Part shown: piece after piece, positions 28,640-36,200 of the stretch
How positions within the stretch are numbered: position 1 is the first letter of the stretch
Layout of the letters: the number at the start of each line of letters is the position of its first letter
NCBI GenBank assembly: GCA_964490255.1
Contig: CAZBCQ010000001.1
Location: forward strand, 1,535-65,534
Direction: 5' to 3'
Length of the DNA stretch: 64,000 nt
DNA from: an uncultured Terriglobales bacterium
GTDB taxonomy: Bacteria; Acidobacteriota; Terriglobia; Terriglobales; Acidobacteriaceae
Program-made: the position numbers and the translations under genes
The notes under the pieces: generated by a model
What the model was told of the DNA's origin: nothing
Database searches by the model: none
Seen by the model: the letters and a program-made list of their open reading frames with translations, nothing else

Positions 28640-28673
28640 CCCGGCAGGTTCCGCAGCCTGCCGGGTTCTTGTT
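28640..28673 (+). terminator. Intrinsic terminator after the SPFH gene
   Basis: cccggcagg (28640-28648) pairs with cctgccggg (28657-28665), followed by ttcttgtt. Confidence 0.7.
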
Positions 28674-28699
28674 GGGCAATGTTGTCAAAGCAGGATCGC

Positions 28700-28813
28700 T
28701 CAGTGATAGAGGTGCAACGCGCGCCCGATGGAGTAAGGAATCCAGTGAAATCGCCAAGCGATTACCAGCGCCAAAATGATCAGCAAAACGATTCTGCGTA
28801 CCCGTGCACTCAT
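28700..28813 (-). CDS. Possible 37-aa single-TM micro-ORF
   Basis: Not in the ORF track because it is under 60 aa. It translates as MSARVRRIVLLIILALVIAWRFHWIPYSIGRALHLYH*. There is no obvious RBS. It sits downstream of parB. Confidence 0.25.
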   Translation of the reverse strand: MSARVRRIVLLIILALVIAWRFHWIPYSIGRALHLYH

Positions 28814-28870
28814 ACTCAGTAGCAAGTAGTTAGTAGCAAGTAGTCAGGAAACGCAACAGCACAATAGGTG

Positions 28871-29770
28871 CTACTTTCCGAGCGCCTCGAGAATGCGGTC
28901 AAAGTCTTCCAGAGACTTGTATTCTAGAACGACTTTGCCTTTTCCTTTGCGATCATAGATACGCGCGCGGACGCCGAGCGTGCGTTCCAGTTCGCGCTCG
29001 GCTTCTTTCACGTTGGGATCGACTACGCGCTCTTTCTTCTCTGGCTTGGGCGCTGGATGCAGGATGTCGTAGACGAGCTTTTCGGTCTGGCGCACGGAGA
29101 GGGCGTCGGCCACCACTTTTCGTGCGGTCGGCTCGATCAAAGTCGCATCCAGCCCCATGAGGGCACGAGCGTGTCCCATGGTGAGCGATCCCTGGCGCAG
29201 GCCTTGCTTCACCCAATCAGGCAGTCGCAGCAGGCGCATGTAATTCGCAACCGTGGTGCGGTCTTTTCCGGTGCGCTGCGCAATTTGCTCCTGGGTGAGT
29301 CCGCACTTCTGGCTGAGGTTCTCGAAGGCTGCAGCCTGTTCCAGCGGATTCAGGTTCTCGCGCTGAAGGTTCTCGATGATGGTGATTTCAATGGCCTGCT
29401 CGTCGGAGATCTGGCGCATAATTGCCGGGACGGTCGTCTTCCCTGCCGCCTGGGATGCCAGCAGGCGCCGCTGTCCAGCGACCAGTTCCAGCTTGCCTTC
29501 CGCGAGCTTGCGCACCAGGATCGGCTGGAGGACGCCCTGCACCTTGATGGAATCCGCGAGTTCCTGCAGCGCAACCGGATCGATGTCGACGCGCGTCTGC
29601 GCCGGATTGGGCAGGATGTCGGCAATTGCGATGTCACGTACGGCCTCGCCAGAAAGCACAGCAGTTGGACCGGCTTGTACCGGGGTCGGGGCTTCGCCGC
29701 GCGCGGCAGGGATCAGCGAATTCAGTCCGCGGCCCAATACTCTTTTTTTGTCCTGCGTCATGGTCTGCAC
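28871..29770 (-). CDS. parB: Chromosome partitioning protein ParB (Spo0J)
   Basis: 299 aa with ParB box motifs (LGRGLNSLI, QPILVR, ELVAGQRRLLAS arginine patch), an HTH (LTQEQIAQRTGKDRTTVANYMRLLRL) and a C-terminal dimerisation tail. Confidence 0.95.
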   Translation of the reverse strand: MQTMTQDKKRVLGRGLNSLIPAARGEAPTPVQAGPTAVLSGEAVRDIAIADILPNPAQTRVDIDPVALQELADSIKVQGVLQPILVRKLAEGKLELVAGQRRLLASQAAGKTTVPAIMRQISDEQAIEITIIENLQRENLNPLEQAAAFENLSQKCGLTQEQIAQRTGKDRTTVANYMRLLRLPDWVKQGLRQGSLTMGHARALMGLDATLIEPTARKVVADALSVRQTEKLVYDILHPAPKPEKKERVVDPNVKEAERELERTLGVRARIYDRKGKGKVVLEYKSLEDFDRILEALGK

Positions 29771-29810
29771 GTCAAAGGTCCTTTAGGAATAAATATCGTA
29801 TGACGATACA

Positions 29811-30590
29811 TCAAGCGGAGGCCCGCAACATCACCTTCTCCATAATCTCTTTGGCCAGCTTGATGTAAGCTTCTGCGCCGCGCGAGCGAACGTCATACAG
29901 CAAAGCCGGCTTGCCGTGGCTCGGAGCTTCCGCCAGGCGAACGTTGCGAGGGATCGATGTGGCTAACAACCGATCGCCGAAATAGCTCTTCAGTTCCTCG
30001 GTGACCTGCTGCGCGAGGTTGGTGCGGTCGTCATACATGGTGAGGACCACGCCTTCGACCGACAGGCCCGGGTTGAACGTTTGCTTGATGCGGTCAATGG
30101 TATCGAGCAGTTCGCTGACGCCTTCAAGGGCGAAATACTCGGCCTGCATAGGTATGAGGACCGAGTCTGCGGCGACCAGGGCGTTCAAGGTCAGCAGATC
30201 CAGGGCTGGCGGGCAATCCAGCACGATGAACTGATAGCGGTTGCGCACCCGCTCCAGCGCGTCTCTCAGCCGAAACTCGCGGCGATCCAGTGAAACGAGC
30301 TCGATGTTGGCGCCAGTCAGCTCTTTACTGGAAGGAACGATCCAGAGCTGATCCAGCGCAGAAGTAAGCGTAAGCTGCTCCAGTTGGGCGTCCCCCATCA
30401 ATAGATGATAGGTGCTGAGGCGCTGGGGGTCTTTGGGATAGCCGAGTCCGCTGCTGCTGTTGGACTGAGGATCGCAGTCAACTAATAAGGTGGGCACTTC
30501 GGCAGCGGCGAAAGAAGCAGCGAGGTTGATGGCGGTTGTGGTCTTGCCGACCCCGCCCTTTTGATTCGCGACAGCGATAACACGTCCCAT
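29811..30590 (-). CDS. parA: Chromosome partitioning ATPase ParA (Soj)
   Basis: 259 aa with the deviant Walker A motif (NQKGGVGKTTT) and the typical ParA/Soj body. Confidence 0.95.
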   Translation of the reverse strand: MGRVIAVANQKGGVGKTTTAINLAASFAAAEVPTLLVDCDPQSNSSSGLGYPKDPQRLSTYHLLMGDAQLEQLTLTSALDQLWIVPSSKELTGANIELVSLDRREFRLRDALERVRNRYQFIVLDCPPALDLLTLNALVAADSVLIPMQAEYFALEGVSELLDTIDRIKQTFNPGLSVEGVVLTMYDDRTNLAQQVTEELKSYFGDRLLATSIPRNVRLAEAPSHGKPALLYDVRSRGAEAYIKLAKEIMEKVMLRASA

Positions 30591-30698
30591 GATTTTCAGT
30601 TGCCCTGTTACAGCTCTGCAGACTATCGAAGTGGCTGGTGAGGCGCAACGATGTATTTATGTGCAAAAGGCGTGACTCACGTGGAAGTCTGGCGCAAT

Positions 30699-30714
30699 TG
30701 TTCCACGTGGAACA
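30699..30714. promoter_or_regulatory. parS: parS site 1 (perfect 16-bp palindrome TGTTCCACGTGGAACA)
   Basis: Read directly from the sequence. It matches the canonical parS consensus tGTTNCACGTGAAACa at all but one position and is fully self-complementary. Confidence 0.85.
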
Positions 30715-30752
30715 GTTTAGAAGGCTGTGGGACGGTGGAAAACAAACGAGAA

Positions 30753-30768
30753 TGTTCCACGTGGAACA
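30753..30768. promoter_or_regulatory. parS: parS site 2 (perfect 16-bp palindrome TGTTCCACGTGGAACA)
   Basis: Identical to site 1 and 54 bp downstream of it. Confidence 0.85.
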
Positions 30769-30864
30769 CTCACCAGGACAAAGGCAGTTCGAATTCGCCT
30801 CCGTCAATAAACGTTCATGGCGAAAACTCGGGAGGATGAAACCATGCACGTCGGCGGTAACAAA

Positions 30865-30880
30865 TGTTCCACGTGGAACG
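30865..30880. promoter_or_regulatory. parS: parS site 3 (TGTTCCACGTGGAACG, 15/16 match to sites 1 and 2)
   Basis: Read directly from the sequence. Only the last base differs from sites 1 and 2. Confidence 0.8.
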
Positions 30881-30949
30881 TCACGAGCCCCTTTCTTTGT
30901 TGTAGAATCCGCGCGGCTGTAAATGTAAGCCGGAGCGAGGCCTTAGACC

Positions 30950-32095
30950 ATGGCTACGACTATCTCATCTGTTCCGAGCACAATGCTGTCGGCGACCGCG
31001 AAACTCGGCGGGCGGCTCGAGTCCCTGGATGTCTTCCGAGGACTGACCATTGCCGGCATGATGCTGGTAAACAATGCCGGTGACTGGGAACACATTTACT
31101 GGCCCCTGGAACACGCCGAATGGAATGGGTGGACGCCAACGGACCTGATTTTCCCCTTCTTCTTATTCATCGTGGGCGTCTCCATAGTCTATTCGTTCGC
31201 GAATCGCCAAAAGAAGGGCGAATCGCGTGGTTCCCTGCTGGCCCACTCGGTCCGTCGGGCCCTGCTGATCTTCGCTATTGGCTTGTTTCTCAATGGCTTT
31301 CCGCATTTCCACCTCGCGACTTGGCGGATCGCCGGGGTTCTACAGCGGATCGCCATCGTGTATCTCATAACTTCTGTAATCGTGCTGTTCGCGGGATGGC
31401 GCGGGCGACTGGCGGCCCTGGTTGGGTGTTTGGTTGGGTATTGGGCGATTATGAGATTCGTTCCGGTGCCGGGGTTTGGAGTCGGAAATCTAACGCCAGA
31501 AGGCAATCTGGCCGCCTGGCTGGATCGCCTGACCATGTATAACCACCTTTACATTGAGCACGTTAGAGATCCGGAAGGTATTTTGAGCACAATTCCGGCG
31601 ATCGGTACCTGCCTCCTAGGGGTGTTCACGGGTGAATGGCTGCGCTCTGCCCGGAGTTCAAGCCAGAAACTGCTCGGCATGCTTGCCGCTGGAGTGGTCG
31701 GTGTGGTCCTCGGGACGCTCTGGGCATACGAGTTCCCTATCAACAAGAATCTCTGGACCAGTTCCTACGTTCTCTTCGCGGGCGGCCTGGCGCTTCTGTT
31801 CTTAGGGTTCTGTTACTGGACAATTGATATCAAAGGCTGGAAAGCGTGGGGTAAGCCCTTCATGATGATGGGAATGAATCCGCTAGCGCTCTATGCCTTG
31901 GCCAGCCTGATCGCTCACGTCTCTATCAATGTTCACATCGGCGACGAGACTTTGAAGAGTTGGGTCTATGACCGGCTGTATGCACACGTGGCAAGTCCGT
32001 ATAACGCATCGATGCTGTACGGTTTGACGTATGTAGTTGCATTTTTGATTCTCGGATGGATCCTTTACCGGCGAAAGATCTTCCTGAAGGTTTGA
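30950..32095 (+). CDS. Polytopic membrane acyltransferase-like protein (heparan-alpha-glucosaminide N-acetyltransferase / DUF1624-like)
   Basis: 381 aa. The N-terminal RLESLDVFRGLTIAGMMLVNNAGDW... motif and ~10 TM helices match the HGSNAT-catalytic/DUF1624 family pattern. Confidence 0.8.
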   Translation: MATTISSVPSTMLSATAKLGGRLESLDVFRGLTIAGMMLVNNAGDWEHIYWPLEHAEWNGWTPTDLIFPFFLFIVGVSIVYSFANRQKKGESRGSLLAHSVRRALLIFAIGLFLNGFPHFHLATWRIAGVLQRIAIVYLITSVIVLFAGWRGRLAALVGCLVGYWAIMRFVPVPGFGVGNLTPEGNLAAWLDRLTMYNHLYIEHVRDPEGILSTIPAIGTCLLGVFTGEWLRSARSSSQKLLGMLAAGVVGVVLGTLWAYEFPINKNLWTSSYVLFAGGLALLFLGFCYWTIDIKGWKAWGKPFMMMGMNPLALYALASLIAHVSINVHIGDETLKSWVYDRLYAHVASPYNASMLYGLTYVVAFLILGWILYRRKIFLKV

Positions 32096-32405
32096 TCCCG
32101 TTTGTTCTGCACTATTTGTTCCACTTCGGCAGCTGTACGGGCCAAGTGGAGGTCACTGGGAGCTGGATCTGCCCGCAATGCGTCCTGTGCAGACCACGTT
32201 TACCCTCTTGATTCCAGGATTGCGTGATCTGTGGAAAACCGCAGATATTGTGGTGCATATAGGTTCTGAACAGGAACCATCATGATCAATGAAGCGGGTT
32301 GTTTGCCTTTCGCCTACCACTTTGGCGCGTTTGCACGGACCATCTTCCCTGTTTAGGACTTCTAAACAGCGATTCCTTCCCACTTGCTATCATTTGCAGC
32401 TCTCT

Positions 32406-33059
32406 TTACCGAGTTGATTCCCTGCGTCTCCCAATGAGAATGATGCGTGAGAGCGAAAGAGGCACCTGAATCTCGGGCTGCCAGTCGAAGCCAGGCAGAG
32501 CTTCCCCGGCGACCGCCGCCTGTTCCCTGCCGACGAGCAAGCCGAGCCTACCTTCATTGGAAGTCAACCGGGCGGCCGTGGGCAGGACGTCGGAGAAACG
32601 CTCGACGGCGCGGAGGGTAACAAGATCGCCGGAGCCAGCTTCTGCCTGAGCCAGAACTTCGGCCCGTTGCGCGACGACCTCGCAGTCTCGCAACTCCAGA
32701 TGACGGATGACTTCGCGTAAAAATATCGCTTTACGATGTTGTGCCTCGACCAGGCGCATCCGGAGTGAAGGAGCGAAGATCTTGATAGGCAGCCCTGGAA
32801 ACCCGGCGCCGGACCCGATATCAATCGCGGACTTCCCTGCCGGGTCTTCCCTTCCCAAGATCTGGCTGGCGGCAAAGAACGATTCGCCAAAGTGGCGAGT
32901 GATGATCTGCTCGGAATCGCGCACCGAGGTGAGATTCATCCGCGCATTCCAGCGCAAGAGACGGTCGAGATAAGCGGAAACCTGCTCAAGTTGCTGAGCC
33001 GAAAGAGTGCGATCGCCGAGGAAAGGTGCTAGAAGTTCGGCGATGCGGACACAATCCAT
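32406..33059 (-). CDS. rsmG: 16S rRNA (guanine527-N7)-methyltransferase RsmG (GidB)
   Basis: From ATG 33059 the protein contains ...LLRWNARMNLTSVRD...ITRHFGESF...IDIGSGAGFPGLPIKI..., the RsmG signature. The extra 28 residues in the track ORF are unlikely to be real. Confidence 0.9.
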   Translation of the reverse strand: MDCVRIAELLAPFLGDRTLSAQQLEQVSAYLDRLLRWNARMNLTSVRDSEQIITRHFGESFFAASQILGREDPAGKSAIDIGSGAGFPGLPIKIFAPSLRMRLVEAQHRKAIFLREVIRHLELRDCEVVAQRAEVLAQAEAGSGDLVTLRAVERFSDVLPTAARLTSNEGRLGLLVGREQAAVAGEALPGFDWQPEIQVPLSLSRIILIGRRRESTR

Positions 33060-33166
33060 TATGGTGAGAGTAACGGAAATTGCTTCGGCAGGGCTATAGT
33101 GATGCTCGCGCGCAGGCTCATTCAGTACAATTAGGCAGCTCACATTTCTGATTCAGAACGCCCGAC

Positions 33167-33844
33167 ATGACAAACGAACAGACCAACACACAACAAAACG
33201 GCAGCACTGCGGCAACAACTTATGTCACCTTGAGCGGCATTCCGCTCAACATTGAGATCGACTGGCCCTTTCATCGCTCCACATCTGGTGCGGACTTCTA
33301 CGTGGTCCATGCGGACCTGAAGCTGGCGGATGGCAGCGGCCTGCATGCGCCGGTGGCCGTCAATCTGTCAACGACAGTCAAGGAAGTGCTGCCTTCGTTG
33401 GATCGTGAAATCACGGAAGGTCCTGTCATCAATGCGCTGCGCAAGGAAGTAGATCGCAAGCAGATCGAGTTTCTAAAGTCCGGGAAGCTGGTGCCAGTTC
33501 ATTTTTCCAGCCGGCATTACGATTTCAAACGCAGTCGCTGGGCTTTCGGCGCGAAGAGCGAAGAAGAGATCACGCAGCTGATCCTGCGCAAGGTTTATTG
33601 GCATACAAAGGGAAATCACGACAAAGTCTGGATGGCGGATCCGATTGACGCACTTTATGTGGACGCCGCGCCGAAGCATCTGTTGGATCTGGCGAAGGCA
33701 TTGTCAGGGAAAAAGCTGATCCATTTGGAAGGCGAGTGGGCTACCGCGACCGAACAGTTACTGAAACACGCTGAAGGCTTCGAAAACGATCTGAAGCATG
33801 CGTTGATTGATCTGGAGAAAAAGCACGCGTTCGAAAGAGGGTAG
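33167..33844 (+). CDS. Hypothetical protein (no family recognised)
   Basis: 225-aa ORF with coding-like composition, a polar Q/T/N-rich N-terminus and no TM helix or signal peptide. Confidence 0.6.
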   Translation: MTNEQTNTQQNGSTAATTYVTLSGIPLNIEIDWPFHRSTSGADFYVVHADLKLADGSGLHAPVAVNLSTTVKEVLPSLDREITEGPVINALRKEVDRKQIEFLKSGKLVPVHFSSRHYDFKRSRWAFGAKSEEEITQLILRKVYWHTKGNHDKVWMADPIDALYVDAAPKHLLDLAKALSGKKLIHLEGEWATATEQLLKHAEGFENDLKHALIDLEKKHAFERG

Positions 33845-34102
33845 TCTTAACTGCATACGTTTGCGGCGTGACGTGTGCGATATCCATTGTTCCCGCCATC
33901 GAAATCGCCGCTCCTATTATCCCTTGCATCGGAGTAGTCGCTGATGAGCTCTCGAAGCTAGACCTGCAAGTTCCCAGCGCTACGTTGTGCACTAGTATCT
34001 GTACCTTTTCCTTAATCCCAAAGAGGTATTGAGCCAGCTTTATGCGGTCACTAGGATTGGCTTCGGTGATCGAAACGTTAGGACCACAAAGGGAAGCCAC
34101 AC

Positions 34103-34615
34103 ATGGGGAAAATCCTACCTGCAGGAACACAAGCTCCAGATTTCACACTCAACGTAACTCCTGACCAGAAACTATCACTTCGAGAAATGCAAGGCAGGCC
34201 AGTGATCCTGGCGTTCTATCCCGCCGATTGGAGTCCGGTTTGCGGCGACGAGATGAGCCTCTACAACGAAGTCCTGCCGGAGTTCCAGAAGTACGGAGCT
34301 GAGGTGATAGGGATTTCGGTTGACGGCGCGTGGTGCCACGCTGCATACGCACGGCACAACAACATACATTTCCCGCTGCTTGCGGACTTCGAGCCGAAGG
34401 GCGCGGTCGCCAGAAGTTACGGAGCGTATCGCGAGGGAGACGGAGTGTGTGAGCGAGCGCTCTTCGTACTTGATCCGGAAGGGAAGATTTTCTGGAGCTA
34501 TCTTTCGCCAATCGCAGTGAACCCCGGGGCAGAGGGCATTCTCCAGGCTCTGGAAGATATGAAGACACAGAGGAGCAGCCATGGCAAGGTTGAAAGTCCC
34601 AGTTACGCCCATTGA
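34103..34615 (+). CDS. Peroxiredoxin (AhpC/TSA-redoxin family)
   Basis: 170 aa with the peroxidatic Cys context FYPADWSPVCGDEM and the typical Prx fold pattern. Confidence 0.9.
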   Translation: MGKILPAGTQAPDFTLNVTPDQKLSLREMQGRPVILAFYPADWSPVCGDEMSLYNEVLPEFQKYGAEVIGISVDGAWCHAAYARHNNIHFPLLADFEPKGAVARSYGAYREGDGVCERALFVLDPEGKIFWSYLSPIAVNPGAEGILQALEDMKTQRSSHGKVESPSYAH

Positions 34616-35120
34616 TCATGTTCGAGGGCCGGAGAATGCGCCCGTCACTCTGGTCGAGTACGGTGACTACCAATGCCCATACTGCGGCGGCGCTTATCCG
34701 ATTTTGAAATCGCTACAGGAAGACTTTGGCAACCAACTTCGGTTTGTGTTCCGGCACTTTCCATTAGCGCAGATTCATCCCCTGGCGGAACCGGCTGCGG
34801 AAAGCGCCGAGTATGCAGGATTCAAGGCGCGATTCTGGGAAATGCACGATGGTCTGTACGAGAATCAGCCCCGGCTGGGAGTGCCGCTCTTTTTCGAACT
34901 GGCGCAAAACTTAGGACTGTCGGAAGACGGCCTACGCGACGCCCTGGAGAAACACGAGTTTCTGCCGAGGATCCGACGCGACTTTATGGGAGGCGTGAAG
35001 AGCGGCGTCAACGGTACTCCAAGTTTCTTCATCAATGGCGTCCGTCACGAGGGCAGTTGGGGGTATGAGGACCTCGCGCAGGCGATCGAGTCGCAATTGG
35101 AGTTGCGGCGGGCCGCGTAG
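34581..35120 (+). CDS. DsbA-family thioredoxin-fold thiol:disulfide oxidoreductase
   Basis: 179 aa with the CPYC active site (YGDYQCPYCGG) and C-terminal GTPSFFINGV. It overlaps the peroxiredoxin gene by 35 nt. Confidence 0.9.
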   Translation: MARLKVPVTPIDHVRGPENAPVTLVEYGDYQCPYCGGAYPILKSLQEDFGNQLRFVFRHFPLAQIHPLAEPAAESAEYAGFKARFWEMHDGLYENQPRLGVPLFFELAQNLGLSEDGLRDALEKHEFLPRIRRDFMGGVKSGVNGTPSFFINGVRHEGSWGYEDLAQAIESQLELRRAA

Positions 35121-35172
35121 CGGCGTCCCAGGTTCAACTGCCCGTGAGTGAAATGCGAAACACCCGCGGTCG

Positions 35173-35865
35173 GTGGGACCGGCAGTGGCTACGATTATCG
35201 GTTGGCTGAAGTTCGGAGTGGTGCCGATGCTCCCTTGGTTGGACAGCCACGCAGGCGCAGTTCAGGCATTCGCGGCGGTCGCGTCCGTGTTGCTGACTGC
35301 AATGCTGGCGTACGTCACATGGCGATATACGAATCTGACGCATAGGATCGCGACCATCACAGAAAAGCAGCTTGCCTCCAGCATTCAGCCTGTACTTCGC
35401 GTGGAGATTGTCGACCGACTACACGGACAAGCATCCGATGCCGTGGATGTTTCGTCATTTCACCTCTATGTCCGTAATGAGGGAACTACTCCGTTGAAGC
35501 TCAAGGCGATTGCGGCGTTCGTAAAATACAAAAACACTGACGTCATCAGGCACGACATTGTGACCGACGACAACATCGTCGTCATGCCTAACAATAACGA
35601 TCAGAGGCAATTGGAACTGGACGTGAGTTCCGATCAAGAATCACCGCAGGACTACCACATTGCTATCGGGGTGGATTGTACTGATTTGGCAGGAGTGACC
35701 GATCACTCGTTTATCTACGACGAGCGAGAGGGTCTTAAACACTACTTCGGCTACGTAACTCTTGACTCCACCGAGACTCGACAATCCCGAACGCCTGGCC
35801 CTTGGCCGCCCTCGGCATCGATGGAAAGTGCCGACAAACCAAACGTGATTCGATTTGGGAATTGA
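35173..35865 (+). CDS. Hypothetical membrane-anchored protein
   Basis: 230-aa ORF with N-terminal hydrophobic helices (AVQAFAAVASVLLTAMLAYV) followed by a beta-rich soluble part. It is visibly more A/T-rich than its neighbours. Confidence 0.55.
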   Translation: MGPAVATIIGWLKFGVVPMLPWLDSHAGAVQAFAAVASVLLTAMLAYVTWRYTNLTHRIATITEKQLASSIQPVLRVEIVDRLHGQASDAVDVSSFHLYVRNEGTTPLKLKAIAAFVKYKNTDVIRHDIVTDDNIVVMPNNNDQRQLELDVSSDQESPQDYHIAIGVDCTDLAGVTDHSFIYDEREGLKHYFGYVTLDSTETRQSRTPGPWPPSASMESADKPNVIRFGN

Positions 35866-35956
35866 TGAAAACGATGGGACAGTTCGAATTTATGAATTGA
35901 AATTGTGAGCGCGGTCACGGTGGGCTTTCGCACATTGCGCAGAGTCTGGAATCACT

Positions 35957-36133
35957 ATGGAGCCAACTGCGGATGAAATGGGAGCATACTTGGCCGAACT
36001 TTCTGCGGAGGAACGAGGTCAATTACGAATTCTGGTGCGGGACGAAAAGCTGGAAGACGTCCTGCGATTAATGGATCGATTGGAAACCGAACAGATGGCG
36101 ATGTACACCATCGTGGGAGAGGGAGCAGCGTAG
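35957..36133 (+). CDS. Possible 58-aa acidic helical protein
   Basis: Below the ORF-track cutoff. It translates as MEPTADEMGAYLAELSAEERGQLRILVRDEKLEDVLRLMDRLETEQMAMYTIVGEGAA*. No clear RBS. Confidence 0.3.
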   Translation: MEPTADEMGAYLAELSAEERGQLRILVRDEKLEDVLRLMDRLETEQMAMYTIVGEGAA

Positions 36134-36200
36134 AGGCTGTCCCACTCCCAGTACCAGAGCCTCTTGACGAGGGGGGACAGGGAATTGTTCGCCCCATAAA

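Noticed and set aside
30673-30688. Possible fourth, degenerate parS (TGACTCACGTGGAAGT).
   Set aside because: Only about 11/16 positions match the local parS sequence and the outer arms are not complementary. The shared CACGTGG core is too short to be meaningful.
30478-30922. Track ORFs spanning the parA upstream spacer (30478..30849 minus, 30638..30922 plus, 30651..30839 plus).
   Set aside because: Their only notable feature is the repeated peptide 'CSTWN', which is simply the translation of the repeated parS palindrome. The region is better explained as non-coding.
32117-32124. parS half-site TGTTCCAC in the 310-bp non-coding gap between the acyltransferase-like gene and rsmG.
   Set aside because: It is a single 8-mer half-site with no inverted partner. 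An 8-mer is expected by chance roughly once or twice in 64 kb on two strands.
32153-32383. 76-aa minus-strand ORF and two plus-strand micro-ORFs in the gap downstream of the acyltransferase-like gene.
   Set aside because: They have no RBS, odd composition (Cys/Arg-rich) and no motif. The region is more likely a convergent 3' UTR/terminator zone.
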